Positions 1 through 9,679 of a DNA stretch of 64,000 bases are shown one piece after another. The notes under the pieces are model-generated. The model did no database searches. It was not told the DNA's origin and saw only the letters and a list, made by a program, of their open reading frames with translations. The stretch is from a virus (Duplodnaviria > Heunggongvirae > Uroviricota > Caudoviricetes): IMG/VR virus record IMGVR_UViG_2654587674_000003. One strand, written 5' to 3'. A program made the translations under genes and the position numbers. Numbering within the stretch: the stretch's first letter is position 1; each line of letters opens with the position of its first letter.

Positions 1-401
1 CTACTGAGCTGAACTATCCCTTTTTGTGTCGTGGTTGCATCCTGGGCTGTGTACTTCCCGTTAGCCAGGTCATATGCAGCCTTGACAGCTTTCGGTGTAG
101 CGGCCAGCACTTCAGACGTGCTGTTAGTGGCACTACTGAGCTGAGTGATGCCTTTCGCTGTCAATGAAGCTGTTGGCACACCAGTGATCTGATTCCAGGG
201 ATGTATATGATTGGATGGTGCCTTTCCGGCTGCTAGATCGTATGCAGCTTTAACCGCTTTTGGAGTTGCAGCTAATGTTTCAGAAGTGCTGTTGGTGTCA
301 CTACTGAGCTGAACTATCCCTTTTTGTGTCGTGGTTGCATCCTGGGCTGTGTACTTCCCGTTAGCCAGGTCATATGCAGCCTTGACAGCTTTCGGTGTAG
401 C
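1..401. repeat. Exact 101-bp direct repeat (1-101 = 301-401) inside the tail fiber gene, 300 bp period
   Basis: Positions 1-101 and 301-401 are identical base for base; a third diverged copy lies near 125-236. Confidence 0.9.
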
Positions 402-962
402 CGCTTTTCTTTCTTCTGTACTGCTTATTTCATTAGAGAATTCGACACCAACAGCCCGGTTAACCCGGTATTTAAGCACAATCATTTCTTTAGTCACAGC
501 CGTTGCGCCGCTAGGCACGATAACTCGACATAATTCAATTTGATTCTGCCCAATAGTATTGTCCGTACGCGCGTAAATTCTTGCAGCACTGACAGAAGAT
601 GCGCTATCTACCTGTGTCGTTTTTACACCATGTTCAAAATTGGCTTCCAGCACAATAATGTTGGTAGCCCCTGCCTTTACCGAGACAGTCACATCTTCTA
701 TTTGCTGAACGGATATCTGAACATTATTTACATCTACTGAAGCAGCCCCTTTACCTTCTGAGTTTTCAGAAGTTATGCGGACACTCAACCCTGTGCCGGG
801 AACCGGTTCAAATCCACAGTAAAAGCCAGGCAAAACAATATTTTTTAGTTTTCTGTTAAGAGCCAGACTACTATAGAGTTCGAAATATTGAACATCAGCA
901 AGCAACGACTGTGAGACACCAGAGGATAGTGTCATTATGTTGTTCGTTTTATCAGCCCCCAT
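1..962 (-). CDS. Tail fiber protein, N-terminal ~320 codons; gene runs off the window start
   Basis: Minus-strand frame open from ATG at 960-962 (GAGGG upstream) to position 1 with no stop; three ~50-aa repeats carrying ATPKAVKAAYDLA...KGIVQLSS, a motif I associate with enterobacterial phage tail fibers. Confidence 0.75.
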   Translation of the reverse strand, partial: MGADKTNNIMTLSSGVSQSLLADVQYFELYSSLALNRKLKNIVLPGFYCGFEPVPGTGLSVRITSENSEGKGAASVDVNNVQISVQQIEDVTVSVKAGATNIIVLEANFEHGVKTTQVDSASSVSAARIYARTDNTIGQNQIELCRVIVPSGATAVTKEMIVLKYRVNRAVGVEFSNEISSTEERKAATPKAVKAAYDLANGKYTAQDATTTQKGIVQLSSDTNSTSETLAATPKAVKAAYDLAAGKAPSNHIHPWNQITGVPTASLTAKGITQLSSATNSTSEVLAATPKAVKAAYDLANGKYTAQDATTTQKGIVQLS

Positions 963-964
963 AA

Positions 965-1411
965 TCAACCCTCAACTTGCTCGATTGTCATGAGAATACT
1001 GTAACGTTTACCTTTATAGAGGGTATCTTGCTGGGTGCAAAGCACACCAAAAGCCTGTTCCTCAGCATCAACAAGCACAAGCGTGTTAAAGTCGTAAGGC
1101 GTGTTATCCGGCATTCTTTCTTGAGGGAAGGCTGCATTGATCGTGATAATCCCATCCACGCTGGACAATATCAGATCGGACACAGCAAACTGTTGAGCGC
1201 CACTCAATTTAAAATCGAGCGGAATGTCCGCTATATTCCAGCCTCCTGCACCATTAGCAGTTACCAGACTAGATTTGCACCAATACGCCTTAGAGATAAC
1301 AAAACGCGCACCTTTGCCGATCGCCGACTCTGCGCGGCGTGAATAATAGTAGGAAAGTAATTGCGCCTTATACAGGCGGTTACCATCTCTTGCCTTTAAA
1401 TTATCAGCCAT
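965..1411 (-). CDS. Hypothetical tail-fiber-proximal protein (148 aa)
   Basis: ORF ends 1 nt before the tail fiber start; position suggests baseplate or fiber-attachment role. Confidence 0.5.
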   Translation of the reverse strand: MADNLKARDGNRLYKAQLLSYYYSRRAESAIGKGARFVISKAYWCKSSLVTANGAGGWNIADIPLDFKLSGAQQFAVSDLILSSVDGIITINAAFPQERMPDNTPYDFNTLVLVDAEEQAFGVLCTQQDTLYKGKRYSILMTIEQVEG

Positions 1412-1476
1412 ACGAACATAGCCCCTTCATAAGCAATGAACCAAAGGAGAGTATGCTCAGTTTGTGATTTCCGTTG

Positions 1477-1502
1477 TTCTTCCCCCAAATGCGGGGGAAG
1501 AA
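1477..1502 (-). other. Perfect 10-bp stem hairpin (6-nt loop) just past the stop of the 1506-2351 gene
   Basis: TTCTTCCCCC-AAATGC-GGGGGAAGAA; no U-tract on either strand, so more likely RNA stability or processing element than intrinsic terminator. Confidence 0.4.
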
Positions 1503-1505
1503 TTA

Positions 1506-2351
1506 TTAAACAGATTGAAGGTGGTAATCCAAAGGCCACGCATCGAGTGGGGTTACATCAAGATGTAATTGCTTTTCTGCCGTTCGGTTCGGTATGGCAT
1601 TAAGAGAAATATTGTCTGCCTGGCAGGAGGTATCACTACGGGATAGCATATCAGCCATACTCTCAGTAACATAAACACCTTCAATTACCGAAACATCCGT
1701 AGACAGGTAATTTAATATTTCTGCCACTTCAGGGAATACAGCACTAAGCCGAAACGAGACGCCATCAAAAACAATATGCAATGGCAACAAAGGGGCTATT
1801 ACTGTTTCGAAGTCAGATAACAATTTCTGCACAGCGGCTTCTTTATCCTGCTCTCCATATGAGCGATATAGCTTGTTCTGATCAACAACGACCAGCCCCC
1901 TTGATGTCAGGAAGAGCTCACCGAATTGAGCCTGTGCCGTAGGTATTTCTATTTCGGTCGCAAAATATGAACCATAGGGGTGTTTTTCTATATTTACAGG
2001 TGCATACAGCGGTTCCCAGCTAACAGGAATACAACCGAATTCACGCCAGAATGTCTGCTCAATAGGCAAGATAGTACCTTTAAAGTGCACTTCATCTAAA
2101 CGCTGCGCCAGAAGCATTGGCCTACGGGCATTATCTTTTTCAGTGATAACGAAAAAACGCCCGTATTCAGCAATGCGGGCATCCATATCCTCACTGTCCA
2201 TAGTGAAGAAGGATTTTCTGTTACTTATTCTTGTTAATATTGGTTCTACTGCCTCATTCCAGACATCCTGTAAAGCGTCTATAAATGCACTCCAGAGATG
2301 TGAATCCTGTTTTACTTTAGTTAATCGTTCCTTAAGCCAATTATCTTTCAT
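1506..2351 (-). CDS. Baseplate protein (P2 gpI / Mu gp48-like by order and size)
   Basis: 281-aa ORF in a tape-measure > gp46-like > J-like > this > fiber order; similarity is recollection only. Confidence 0.45.
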   Translation of the reverse strand: MKDNWLKERLTKVKQDSHLWSAFIDALQDVWNEAVEPILTRISNRKSFFTMDSEDMDARIAEYGRFFVITEKDNARRPMLLAQRLDEVHFKGTILPIEQTFWREFGCIPVSWEPLYAPVNIEKHPYGSYFATEIEIPTAQAQFGELFLTSRGLVVVDQNKLYRSYGEQDKEAAVQKLLSDFETVIAPLLPLHIVFDGVSFRLSAVFPEVAEILNYLSTDVSVIEGVYVTESMADMLSRSDTSCQADNISLNAIPNRTAEKQLHLDVTPLDAWPLDYHLQSV

Positions 2352-2361
2352 GCTAACCTCA

Positions 2362-3792
2362 TTACGGGTAAGAAATGCTGAACGTTGAAGATTTTACGTT
2401 AAGATAAATGAAGTCATTAAAGTAAACAGCATCTTTCATATTTTGTATTGTTATGTCGTAAGACAGAAACATATCCAGAGACTCTATTACTCGCCAAATA
2501 TCCTTAACTTTTACCTGTGCATAACATTGCTGGGAATCATCATCACTCTGTAGTAATAAACTGAATGATGACGAATCACGGCCAAAATTATCTTCCAACG
2601 CTGCTTTAATAGCATTTTGAGCATCGTCTATCAGAACATTTTTACGTGCAATACCTATAAAATTTATAGTAAATGGCTGTTCATTTGTATCTACATACTC
2701 GAACCGCTTGTTCAACTCATTTGGAACATTCTCTAGAGCTTTCAGTATTTCTGATTTTAGCTGAGACTGGCTTACACCCGGCTTATGTCCGCAAAAGAAA
2801 ATTTTGTTGATGTTTCGAACGTCAAACCCAGTTATTTTCTCTTGTAACGCTTCGCCCCAAACGTTCAACCATGAAGTTCCATGAACAACATTCTGAATGA
2901 ATTGGCGATAATCACCGCCCCATACCACTTGTTCATCGTATGCAACATAATACTGAGCACGATTTCGAGTTTCTTCTGTAGTTTCCATACCACTACCACC
3001 GGTAATGATCGAATCAGTTTTAAACTCTAGTGACTCCACATATTGAGCGATATTTCCAGCCGGTTCTAACTTTTGTCCTTCAGCCAAAGTATAGTCGCCA
3101 AGGCTAGCCATAACATCGATTCGAACCTGACAGCCTGCTGGAGGCATCATACCCATAGAACCATCACCAAACTTGACTCCAAGTTGTTCTGTAGGTTTAT
3201 ATGCCAATGAATAGTGCTTACTCTTGTCTCTGGACATTCTAAATAATGGGTTATATGTCCATTTTTCTTCTACTCCATCTGTAATAACATAAACATCCAG
3301 GCTAGAGACTTCTTTTGTTAACTCTCTGGAAAGCAACAATGTCAGAAATAAAGTTTCCTTCTCAATATCAAACGTAATGCTAACAGCTTCATGCTGTTTA
3401 GTTTCTACGCCAGAAACAGTTCCTCCAGCAGGAATTACAACACTGTTAATAATTGCCAAAGGTGTTTGGTCATTGGCAAGCAATTCAGCCCCGGCTGGTA
3501 ACGTAATATCCCGATCAGTTTTATTGGTTATAGACGTTGTTCCGTATGAAGCACTAACAAATCGCCCTACGTAGCTACGGTCTTCAGCAACCGCTAAAAT
3601 ACTTGAGCGGCGCGTTGCCGTTGAAATAAGTCCCTCAGTGAGGCCGCGACTTGCAAATGTACGGGCAATATAAATAAGCTGCGATCCGAATATAGCGTGC
3701 ATCTGCACAAACTGACTATTTACAAATCGTGACCACCATGTATTTTCATTTAACTTGGCGTTAAATTTGTCCAGTAATTCTGTAATCGTCAC
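2362..3792 (-). CDS. Baseplate wedge protein (J / Mu gp47-like)
   Basis: 476-aa ORF, 4-bp overlap with upstream gene; gene order. Confidence 0.45.
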   Translation of the reverse strand: MTITELLDKFNAKLNENTWWSRFVNSQFVQMHAIFGSQLIYIARTFASRGLTEGLISTATRRSSILAVAEDRSYVGRFVSASYGTTSITNKTDRDITLPAGAELLANDQTPLAIINSVVIPAGGTVSGVETKQHEAVSITFDIEKETLFLTLLLSRELTKEVSSLDVYVITDGVEEKWTYNPLFRMSRDKSKHYSLAYKPTEQLGVKFGDGSMGMMPPAGCQVRIDVMASLGDYTLAEGQKLEPAGNIAQYVESLEFKTDSIITGGSGMETTEETRNRAQYYVAYDEQVVWGGDYRQFIQNVVHGTSWLNVWGEALQEKITGFDVRNINKIFFCGHKPGVSQSQLKSEILKALENVPNELNKRFEYVDTNEQPFTINFIGIARKNVLIDDAQNAIKAALEDNFGRDSSSFSLLLQSDDDSQQCYAQVKVKDIWRVIESLDMFLSYDITIQNMKDAVYFNDFIYLNVKSSTFSISYP

Positions 3793-4163
3793 GCGCCCAC
3801 CCCACTTGATTTCTGCATAACAATATCCATGCTCCCACCTTTCGCATAAAAACTAATTAATAAAGAATCTTCAGAAATTGATGTGCAACGAATCCCCTGC
3901 ACATCCAAACCTGGCAAGTCTTGTCGTAGTTTTTTCATCATTCTCCCTTCAATAGCCACTTCAACTATGTGCGAAGTTTCAGAGCCGAATGGTTCATGCT
4001 TAAATTCTTCCATTGGACTCCCCCAAGAGGGTAAACCATAAACACTCCCTTCAGGGGTTCGTAGCCACTCGTCAAGTCGGGCCATCCATGCTGCGGTACT
4101 TCCTTCTGCAATAATGACACCGCTCTCATTCGTTTGAAGTCTTGCGTCTATTTCGTAAAGCAT
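3789..4163 (-). CDS. Small baseplate protein (gp46 / W-like)
   Basis: 124-aa ORF directly after the tape-measure gene, translationally coupled to the next gene. Confidence 0.4.
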   Translation of the reverse strand: MLYEIDARLQTNESGVIIAEGSTAAWMARLDEWLRTPEGSVYGLPSWGSPMEEFKHEPFGSETSHIVEVAIEGRMMKKLRQDLPGLDVQGIRCTSISEDSLLISFYAKGGSMDIVMQKSSGVGA

Positions 4164-4168
4164 CAGTA

Positions 4169-7100
4169 TTAATCCTCAAGCAGAGCATCCAGCGACTGGT
4201 CATTAATAGTTGTGCTCGCACGTGGTCGCGGCTGCGGCTGCGATGTTTTGACAACATTATCCGGATCGCCTTTTGTATTGTTCTTGTTCACATTCAGCAG
4301 ATCGTTCAGGATAGAGCAGATGTTATCCAGCGCCTTCAACATAGCAGGATCGTTATTTATAGTGTCAGTAGTTAATGGTTGTCTTATTCCGCTTCGTGCG
4401 AGATCGGTTACAGTAGGGAGTTGTGGCGGCATAGCAAGAAAAGGTTCTTGCACAGCTGAAGCAGAGCCAAATATGGCGTTATTGGCACCAGTTGCTATTC
4501 CCCTAATGCTATTAGCGGTTTGTTGAATCCCCCCATTCAGCCAGTCTCCAACATTTCTTGTTAATGGGCTAATAGCTCGCGCAATCGCACTATTCTGCCC
4601 AGTAGACTGCATTACAAGATCGTTCAATATCCCTGTACTATCAATCCCCCCAACAAGTCGTGAAAGGTTATCGCCAACGGCAGGAATTACTGCGGTTCCT
4701 GCCTGTTTAAGCCCTGACACCGTGGAATCAAATAGCGAACCAAAGAAGCTCTTATCCTCACCTGTAACCACCTTGTAGCCGTTGTCATAAATCTGCACAT
4801 CACTTGGTGCCGTGATAGTTCGTTTTCCAGAGGTAACTACTGGCGCAGCTCCCGACATAGCCTGGTTGATTGCTAGAGCCTGCTCCTGCTGTGGGGGTTT
4901 CGGTGCTGGCGCTGCAGACGAAAAGCCCGCCATAGCCTGGTTGATTGCTAGAGCCTGCTCCTGCTGTGGGGTTTTCGGTGCTGGCGCTGCAGATGAAAAG
5001 CCCGCCATAGCCTGACTGATTGCTAGAGCCTGCTCCTGCTGTGGGGATTTCGGTGCTGGCGCTGCAGACGAAAAGCCCGCCATAGCCTGGTTGATTGCTA
5101 GAGCCTGCTCCTGCTGTGGGGTTTTCGGTGCTGGCGCTGCAGACGAAAAGCCCGCCATAGCCTGACTGATTGCTAGAGCCTGCTCCTGCTGTGGGGTTTT
5201 CGGTGCTGGCGCTGCAGACGAAAAGCCCGCCATAGCCTGGCTGATTGCTAGAGCCTGCTCCTGCTGTGGAGTTTTCGGAGTAGAAGGGGATACTTGATCT
5301 CCCGGAAGTAGATCAATGATTTCTGTATCGTGATTAACAGTGCGTTTTTGTTGTATGGCTGTTGCGATATCAGCCACTTGAGAAGCTTTTTTAAATCCAA
5401 AAGATTTACCGGTTAAGCCGGATATCTTTTCAGTAAGAGCCTGATCCATTCCTTTCGCTTTTTCGGAAAGCGAAGATATAGAACCAAACGAAGTAGCCGA
5501 CGCAAAATCCTTTACCAGGTCCAGACTTGTTCCAGCAAGGCTGGTAGCCGCGCCGCCAAATAAATTACTTGCACCACTGATTCCGCTTTCATTTATTGCG
5601 ATTAACCGCTCAAGCAAACTCGATGGAGAGCCGGTATTAACATCAGCGTTCTCTGGATTAATCGGTTGTGGTTGGTTACCTTTTTTTTGTGGCTTTTTGG
5701 CGGCCTGGGCATGTTGTGCAACTTCAATTGGCTTAGGTGTTGCTGTTGGAACTGCATTCAATACAGGTTGTGCTGGAGATGTACCATCAGCATATTTCAC
5801 CTTGCGACCAACGCTATATTGCGAATCACGAGCAATTAGTTGACCGCCATTCTCTTGCTGAATTTTATTAAGCCGCGCCAATGTTTCATCGGAGAACCGC
5901 CCTTCCCAACGACCAGTATTTGCGTTGAATGCCCCAAGAGCATTCTTTATGAACTCATTGTTAACCGCCGGGTTTCCACCTTCTTTCGTCGCTATTGCAC
6001 GAACTAATTGCGTCATAACCTCTGGGTTGCTGACGTCTATTTTTTCATTAGGCGAGACGCCAAGATATTTACTGACGTTATCAATATATTGATTGGTATT
6101 GTTCTCATTTGGCGGCGCCCATTTGGAAATGATGCTTGATACCGTCTGTAACTTCTGATGTCCTGCTGCGGCACTGGTGCCGTTGTAATAGCTTGACACT
6201 TGGTTTGCCAACGCCCTGATCCCTTCTTCAGGCGTGTTGAATCGAGCAAAACGCTGTTCACCTTTTGCATTCGGTGCTTCCAGCGTCGCCCCTTCCTGAT
6301 TGGCGAAAACAAGGTTCCCGAGATTATTATTCCGATAATTGCGGTTTTTAGCGTTGCTGCCACCAATATTCAGATCCGCAGCAATGGTGTTACTGGTAGG
6401 CGCATTAAATTCAGCCGGGGAAGTATACCCGTGCTCACCAACACCATCTTCACCATCACGCCCGCCTTGTAGCTGTCGGCCCAGGTTATTAATTGCGGTT
6501 ACCGTTTGCTTGGTGCCATCTTCAACGGCTTTCTTAACCTGCGCAGTGCCTTCGCTGCTTGATGAGAACGATTCTTTTAGGCTGCTGAATACGGTTTTTG
6601 TCGTGTCTATAGAACTATTTATGTCACGAGCAATATCTCCAGTGTCAAAATTCTGAAGTTTTTCACCTGCCCCTTCAAAGCCTAACGCAGAAATCCCTTT
6701 GCCTATTAGGTTGGTTGCACCCGACACTAAGCCGCCCATATCAAGCACATTAGCTGCTGCATAAGCGGTTTTTTGCTGTGTGGATACAGCATTATCATCA
6801 CTTAAGCCAAAGGCTGCCTTTTGTGCCTCTGTATCAGTGTAACCGTCTATAGCATCGTATCCTGCCATAGCGATATTGCCGATAATTGGGATTCCTCTGA
6901 CGCCAGCCCTTACGGCTGCACCACCGGCAGCTTTTAATGCGATTTTTCCAGCCTCTTTCTTTGCGAGATTCTCCCCTGTTGCGATAGCTACTTTCTCGGT
7001 AGTTGCTTCAGTTGCAGCTTTGGCTATACCGGTACTAGCCGTTTTTCTGGCCCCTTTATCTGCAACTTTCTCCGTCGTTTTTGAAGCATCACCAATAGCC

Positions 7101-8455
7101 TCTTTTCCGGCGTTGCGGGGTTGGTGATTTTCATTTTTAACGGAATTATTTTTGCTATTTTGTTGTTTTTTCTCAACTTTATCTTTGGGGGTTGATGTTT
7201 CGCCTTTTTCCGTTGTAGTTGTTTTAATTTTGTCCTTTTTGGCTTCAGGTCTTTTATCAGCTCTTCTATCCTTTTTAGACTTGTTTTTGTTTCGATTTGT
7301 TTTATTGCGATTTGAGGTAATGCGATCTCGGTTTCGACTAAAAAGATCACTTAACTTAATTCCATTACCTTTTGTTTTCATAGATTTACGGAGTTTTACT
7401 ATTTCATCTGAAACATTCTCCAACTCATCTATGATTCGAGCGTCATTGGATTGAAGAACTTTGGTTTGTTCTTCAACTACTCGTACTGACTTTGCTTCAA
7501 TCGCGTTGTTAAATGCTGCTGAGGAAGCCGAATTTTTTTCATTTCTAGGCGCAGGATAAGTGATTGCTGCTGGTTTCGATTCAGATGTCGATAAATTGCT
7601 GTCCCCTTTATCACTCCACTCTTTAAGCGATTCTGCTTTCCCGGTGATCTCTTTTGTAATGTCATAAATGCCGCGAGCCGCCATCCATAACGGGCCGCCA
7701 GCGCCAACACCGGCAGCATTTGTTATGGCATCTTCACCTGCAGACTGGTGATTATCCATTCCCATAATTGAGCCAAGCTTTCTGAGAAAGCCGGCTTGTA
7801 ATTTTGCGTCGGCTTTACGTGCGTTCTGCAATTCTTTTTTTCTGGCTACATCCTCATTGCTTTTTTGGGATACAAAACGTCCATTACTATCCCGCAGCGG
7901 GCCTTTTAGACTTTGGGGGGATTGTGGTTCAAGAGGGGCTGAATTAGCAGCTACCGGTATAAAACCGTCCGATTTTCGGATGGTCTGACGTGATTGCACG
8001 GAGCGAACACTTTCTGGTGTGTTCGTTGCAACGATAGAGCGGTCCACGGTTTGGTTTAACGGTGTCCTTTCCTTTTTAGCAGGGAGACGTTTTTTATATG
8101 GGTTAGTTTGGACATCTCTAACGCTATCAGATGTACTTTGCTCGTACTCTTTACGCCTGCGTGATAGTCTGTTGCTAACTCTGCCTTGCCTTTCGGCCTG
8201 TTGAGTTATGGTGCTTGCCCCAGAAAGAATGGCATCTTTGATCTCAGCAAGAGCCTTAAGTTCGTTTGTGCTCGCCCCCTGAATAGCGTCAATTATTGCG
8301 ATACGGTCTTTATTCTCTTTCAAAATAACCTCTCTTTTACCAGCGGCGACAACGTTTCCCGGCTTGAGCTTTGTATTTTTCTTCCAGGGCTTTTGACATA
8401 TGGAGTGCTCGCCATTGTGGCAATTGTTCAACGTCACTAACGGGCTGATATCCAT
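4169..8455 (-). CDS. Tail tape-measure-like / injection protein (1428 aa)
   Basis: Very large ORF upstream of baseplate genes; Ala/Gly-rich helical segments, K/R/N-rich low-complexity tract, tandem 25-aa repeats. Confidence 0.6.
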   Translation of the reverse strand: MDISPLVTLNNCHNGEHSICQKPWKKNTKLKPGNVVAAGKREVILKENKDRIAIIDAIQGASTNELKALAEIKDAILSGASTITQQAERQGRVSNRLSRRRKEYEQSTSDSVRDVQTNPYKKRLPAKKERTPLNQTVDRSIVATNTPESVRSVQSRQTIRKSDGFIPVAANSAPLEPQSPQSLKGPLRDSNGRFVSQKSNEDVARKKELQNARKADAKLQAGFLRKLGSIMGMDNHQSAGEDAITNAAGVGAGGPLWMAARGIYDITKEITGKAESLKEWSDKGDSNLSTSESKPAAITYPAPRNEKNSASSAAFNNAIEAKSVRVVEEQTKVLQSNDARIIDELENVSDEIVKLRKSMKTKGNGIKLSDLFSRNRDRITSNRNKTNRNKNKSKKDRRADKRPEAKKDKIKTTTTEKGETSTPKDKVEKKQQNSKNNSVKNENHQPRNAGKEAIGDASKTTEKVADKGARKTASTGIAKAATEATTEKVAIATGENLAKKEAGKIALKAAGGAAVRAGVRGIPIIGNIAMAGYDAIDGYTDTEAQKAAFGLSDDNAVSTQQKTAYAAANVLDMGGLVSGATNLIGKGISALGFEGAGEKLQNFDTGDIARDINSSIDTTKTVFSSLKESFSSSSEGTAQVKKAVEDGTKQTVTAINNLGRQLQGGRDGEDGVGEHGYTSPAEFNAPTSNTIAADLNIGGSNAKNRNYRNNNLGNLVFANQEGATLEAPNAKGEQRFARFNTPEEGIRALANQVSSYYNGTSAAAGHQKLQTVSSIISKWAPPNENNTNQYIDNVSKYLGVSPNEKIDVSNPEVMTQLVRAIATKEGGNPAVNNEFIKNALGAFNANTGRWEGRFSDETLARLNKIQQENGGQLIARDSQYSVGRKVKYADGTSPAQPVLNAVPTATPKPIEVAQHAQAAKKPQKKGNQPQPINPENADVNTGSPSSLLERLIAINESGISGASNLFGGAATSLAGTSLDLVKDFASATSFGSISSLSEKAKGMDQALTEKISGLTGKSFGFKKASQVADIATAIQQKRTVNHDTEIIDLLPGDQVSPSTPKTPQQEQALAISQAMAGFSSAAPAPKTPQQEQALAISQAMAGFSSAAPAPKTPQQEQALAINQAMAGFSSAAPAPKSPQQEQALAISQAMAGFSSAAPAPKTPQQEQALAINQAMAGFSSAAPAPKPPQQEQALAINQAMSGAAPVVTSGKRTITAPSDVQIYDNGYKVVTGEDKSFFGSLFDSTVSGLKQAGTAVIPAVGDNLSRLVGGIDSTGILNDLVMQSTGQNSAIARAISPLTRNVGDWLNGGIQQTANSIRGIATGANNAIFGSASAVQEPFLAMPPQLPTVTDLARSGIRQPLTTDTINNDPAMLKALDNICSILNDLLNVNKNNTKGDPDNVVKTSQPQPRPRASTTINDQSLDALLED
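4856..5290. repeat. Tandem repeat, about 6 x 75 bp, inside the tape-measure gene
   Basis: Unit CATAGCCTGGTTGATTGCTAGAGCCTGCTCCTGCTGTGGGGTTTTCGGTGCTGGCGCTGCAGACGAAAAGCCCGC restarts at 4856, 4931, 5006, 5081, 5156, 5231 with 1-3 substitutions; encodes PAPKTPQQEQALAISQAMAGFSSAA. Confidence 0.9.
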
Positions 8456-8469
8456 ACAGAGTCAGGTTG

Positions 8470-9291
8470 TTAATAATGGTTAGCCATCCATTCAGATCTA
8501 ATTGATGGGATAAACTCTCTATTGAGAAAGGGGACGTACAGTGTGGTTGTCACATCTGCACCCTCCTTAGCGTTTTTGCAATGTTGCGGAGGCAGGATCA
8601 GTCGGCTTGAGCCTCTCTCAATAGACATTTTCAGGCCGTGGCGTAGGTCTTTTTGCATAAGCTGTATGCGAGCCACAAGCGGGGTAAATTCGGTTTCAAG
8701 CGCCATGCTTTCAATGATGTCAAAGCGTCGGTTAGCGGCCTGCGTGAAGTCCTCCGGATCGTCTTCAAGCGCCGTGCATAAAGCGAGTTCAGCAATTCGC
8801 ATCCGTGCCACGCCAGCACTGTATTCGGGGCTTTTCATATCAGGAAGTGACGCTCGCATTCGTTCAAGGAGTTCCGCGCCTTTCCCGGTTAATGGTTTAA
8901 GTATCCAGTCAGTTGGTACTCCATTTACTGGTACGTTGGTTTTCACGTAAGGAGGTACAGTGAGTATTTCTACTGTTTGGGCCAGGTCGCTCAGGTTAAT
9001 ATCTGCATGATGCGTATTACCGCAGTGACTGCACTCATAGGAGTAGGTCATTACTGCATCGGGGCGCGAATTAACAAATATCCACCAAAGGGCAGTTCTG
9101 CGATCCTGGACTGTCCAGTAAGCACTGTCGTTAATTTCACCATCCTGCATAGAGTTAAGGTACTCTGTAGTAGTTGCCTCATCTTCTGCCGGGTTCAGGT
9201 CAGAATATTTCAGCGCATCCTTCACGGTAGGGGCGTGGAACTGAATTTCTGTCTCAGGACGGGAAGGCAATGGGAATTTTGGAATGTTCAA
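8470..9291 (-). CDS. Hypothetical protein upstream of tape measure (possible tail assembly protein)
   Basis: 273-aa ORF, TTG start with GGAGGA 5 nt upstream; position only. Confidence 0.4.
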   Translation of the reverse strand: MNIPKFPLPSRPETEIQFHAPTVKDALKYSDLNPAEDEATTTEYLNSMQDGEINDSAYWTVQDRRTALWWIFVNSRPDAVMTYSYECSHCGNTHHADINLSDLAQTVEILTVPPYVKTNVPVNGVPTDWILKPLTGKGAELLERMRASLPDMKSPEYSAGVARMRIAELALCTALEDDPEDFTQAANRRFDIIESMALETEFTPLVARIQLMQKDLRHGLKMSIERGSSRLILPPQHCKNAKEGADVTTTLYVPFLNREFIPSIRSEWMANHY

Positions 9292-9433
9292 TTATTCCTC
9301 CGAAAAGCAGGTATCTGTTCATTTTCCAGAGGATAGGGAGTGTGTGATTTGCGATGGGGATTGAATGAAGATCTTTGCCGGTCGAGAAGCGATTATTGAG
9401 GGTGATTTTTACACCTTAAGTGACGCTACTCAC

Positions 9434-9442
9434 ATATCCACA
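9434..9442. promoter_or_regulatory. Candidate DnaA box (ATATCCACA) in the AT-rich region before the iterons
   Basis: 8 of 9 match to TTATCCACA; one GATC (about 9484) in the adjacent AT-rich stretch. Confidence 0.35.
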
Positions 9443-9537
9443 GAGTATTTTTATAAACCTTTTTCCATTTTTAATCCTTTTTAGATCCTTTTTAGGCGTC
9501 GCTGGAGCCAGTAGTGGCGCGGGCTGTAGAGGAGGCT

Positions 9538-9656
9538 GGTGTAAGATTTGCCCTCAATTAAATACGGTCGGTGTAAGATTTGCCCTCAGAAGGTGTAAGA
9601 TTTGCCCTCAAAAGGTGTAGTAATTGCCCTCAAAGTGATGTAAAAATTGCCCTCAC
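9538..9656 (+). repeat. Five direct iterons (about 22-bp period) upstream of repA; origin / incC-like
   Basis: GGTGTAAGATTTGCCCTCA x3, then GGTGTAGTAATTGCCCTCA and GTGATGTAAAAATTGCCCTCA at about 9538, 9570, 9592, 9614, 9636. Confidence 0.85.
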
Positions 9657-9679
9657 CATTTGAAGGATCACACAGGGTT

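Noticed and set aside
4212-7454. Several 60-110-aa plus-strand ORFs inside the tape-measure gene (including 4812-5015 across the tandem repeat)
   Set aside because: All antisense to the 1428-aa gene; the repeat ORF simply mirrors the repeat periodicity.
9647-9679. TTG start for repA given by the ORF track
   Set aside because: Lies inside the last iteron; the ATG at 9680 with an upstream AAGGA is more plausible.
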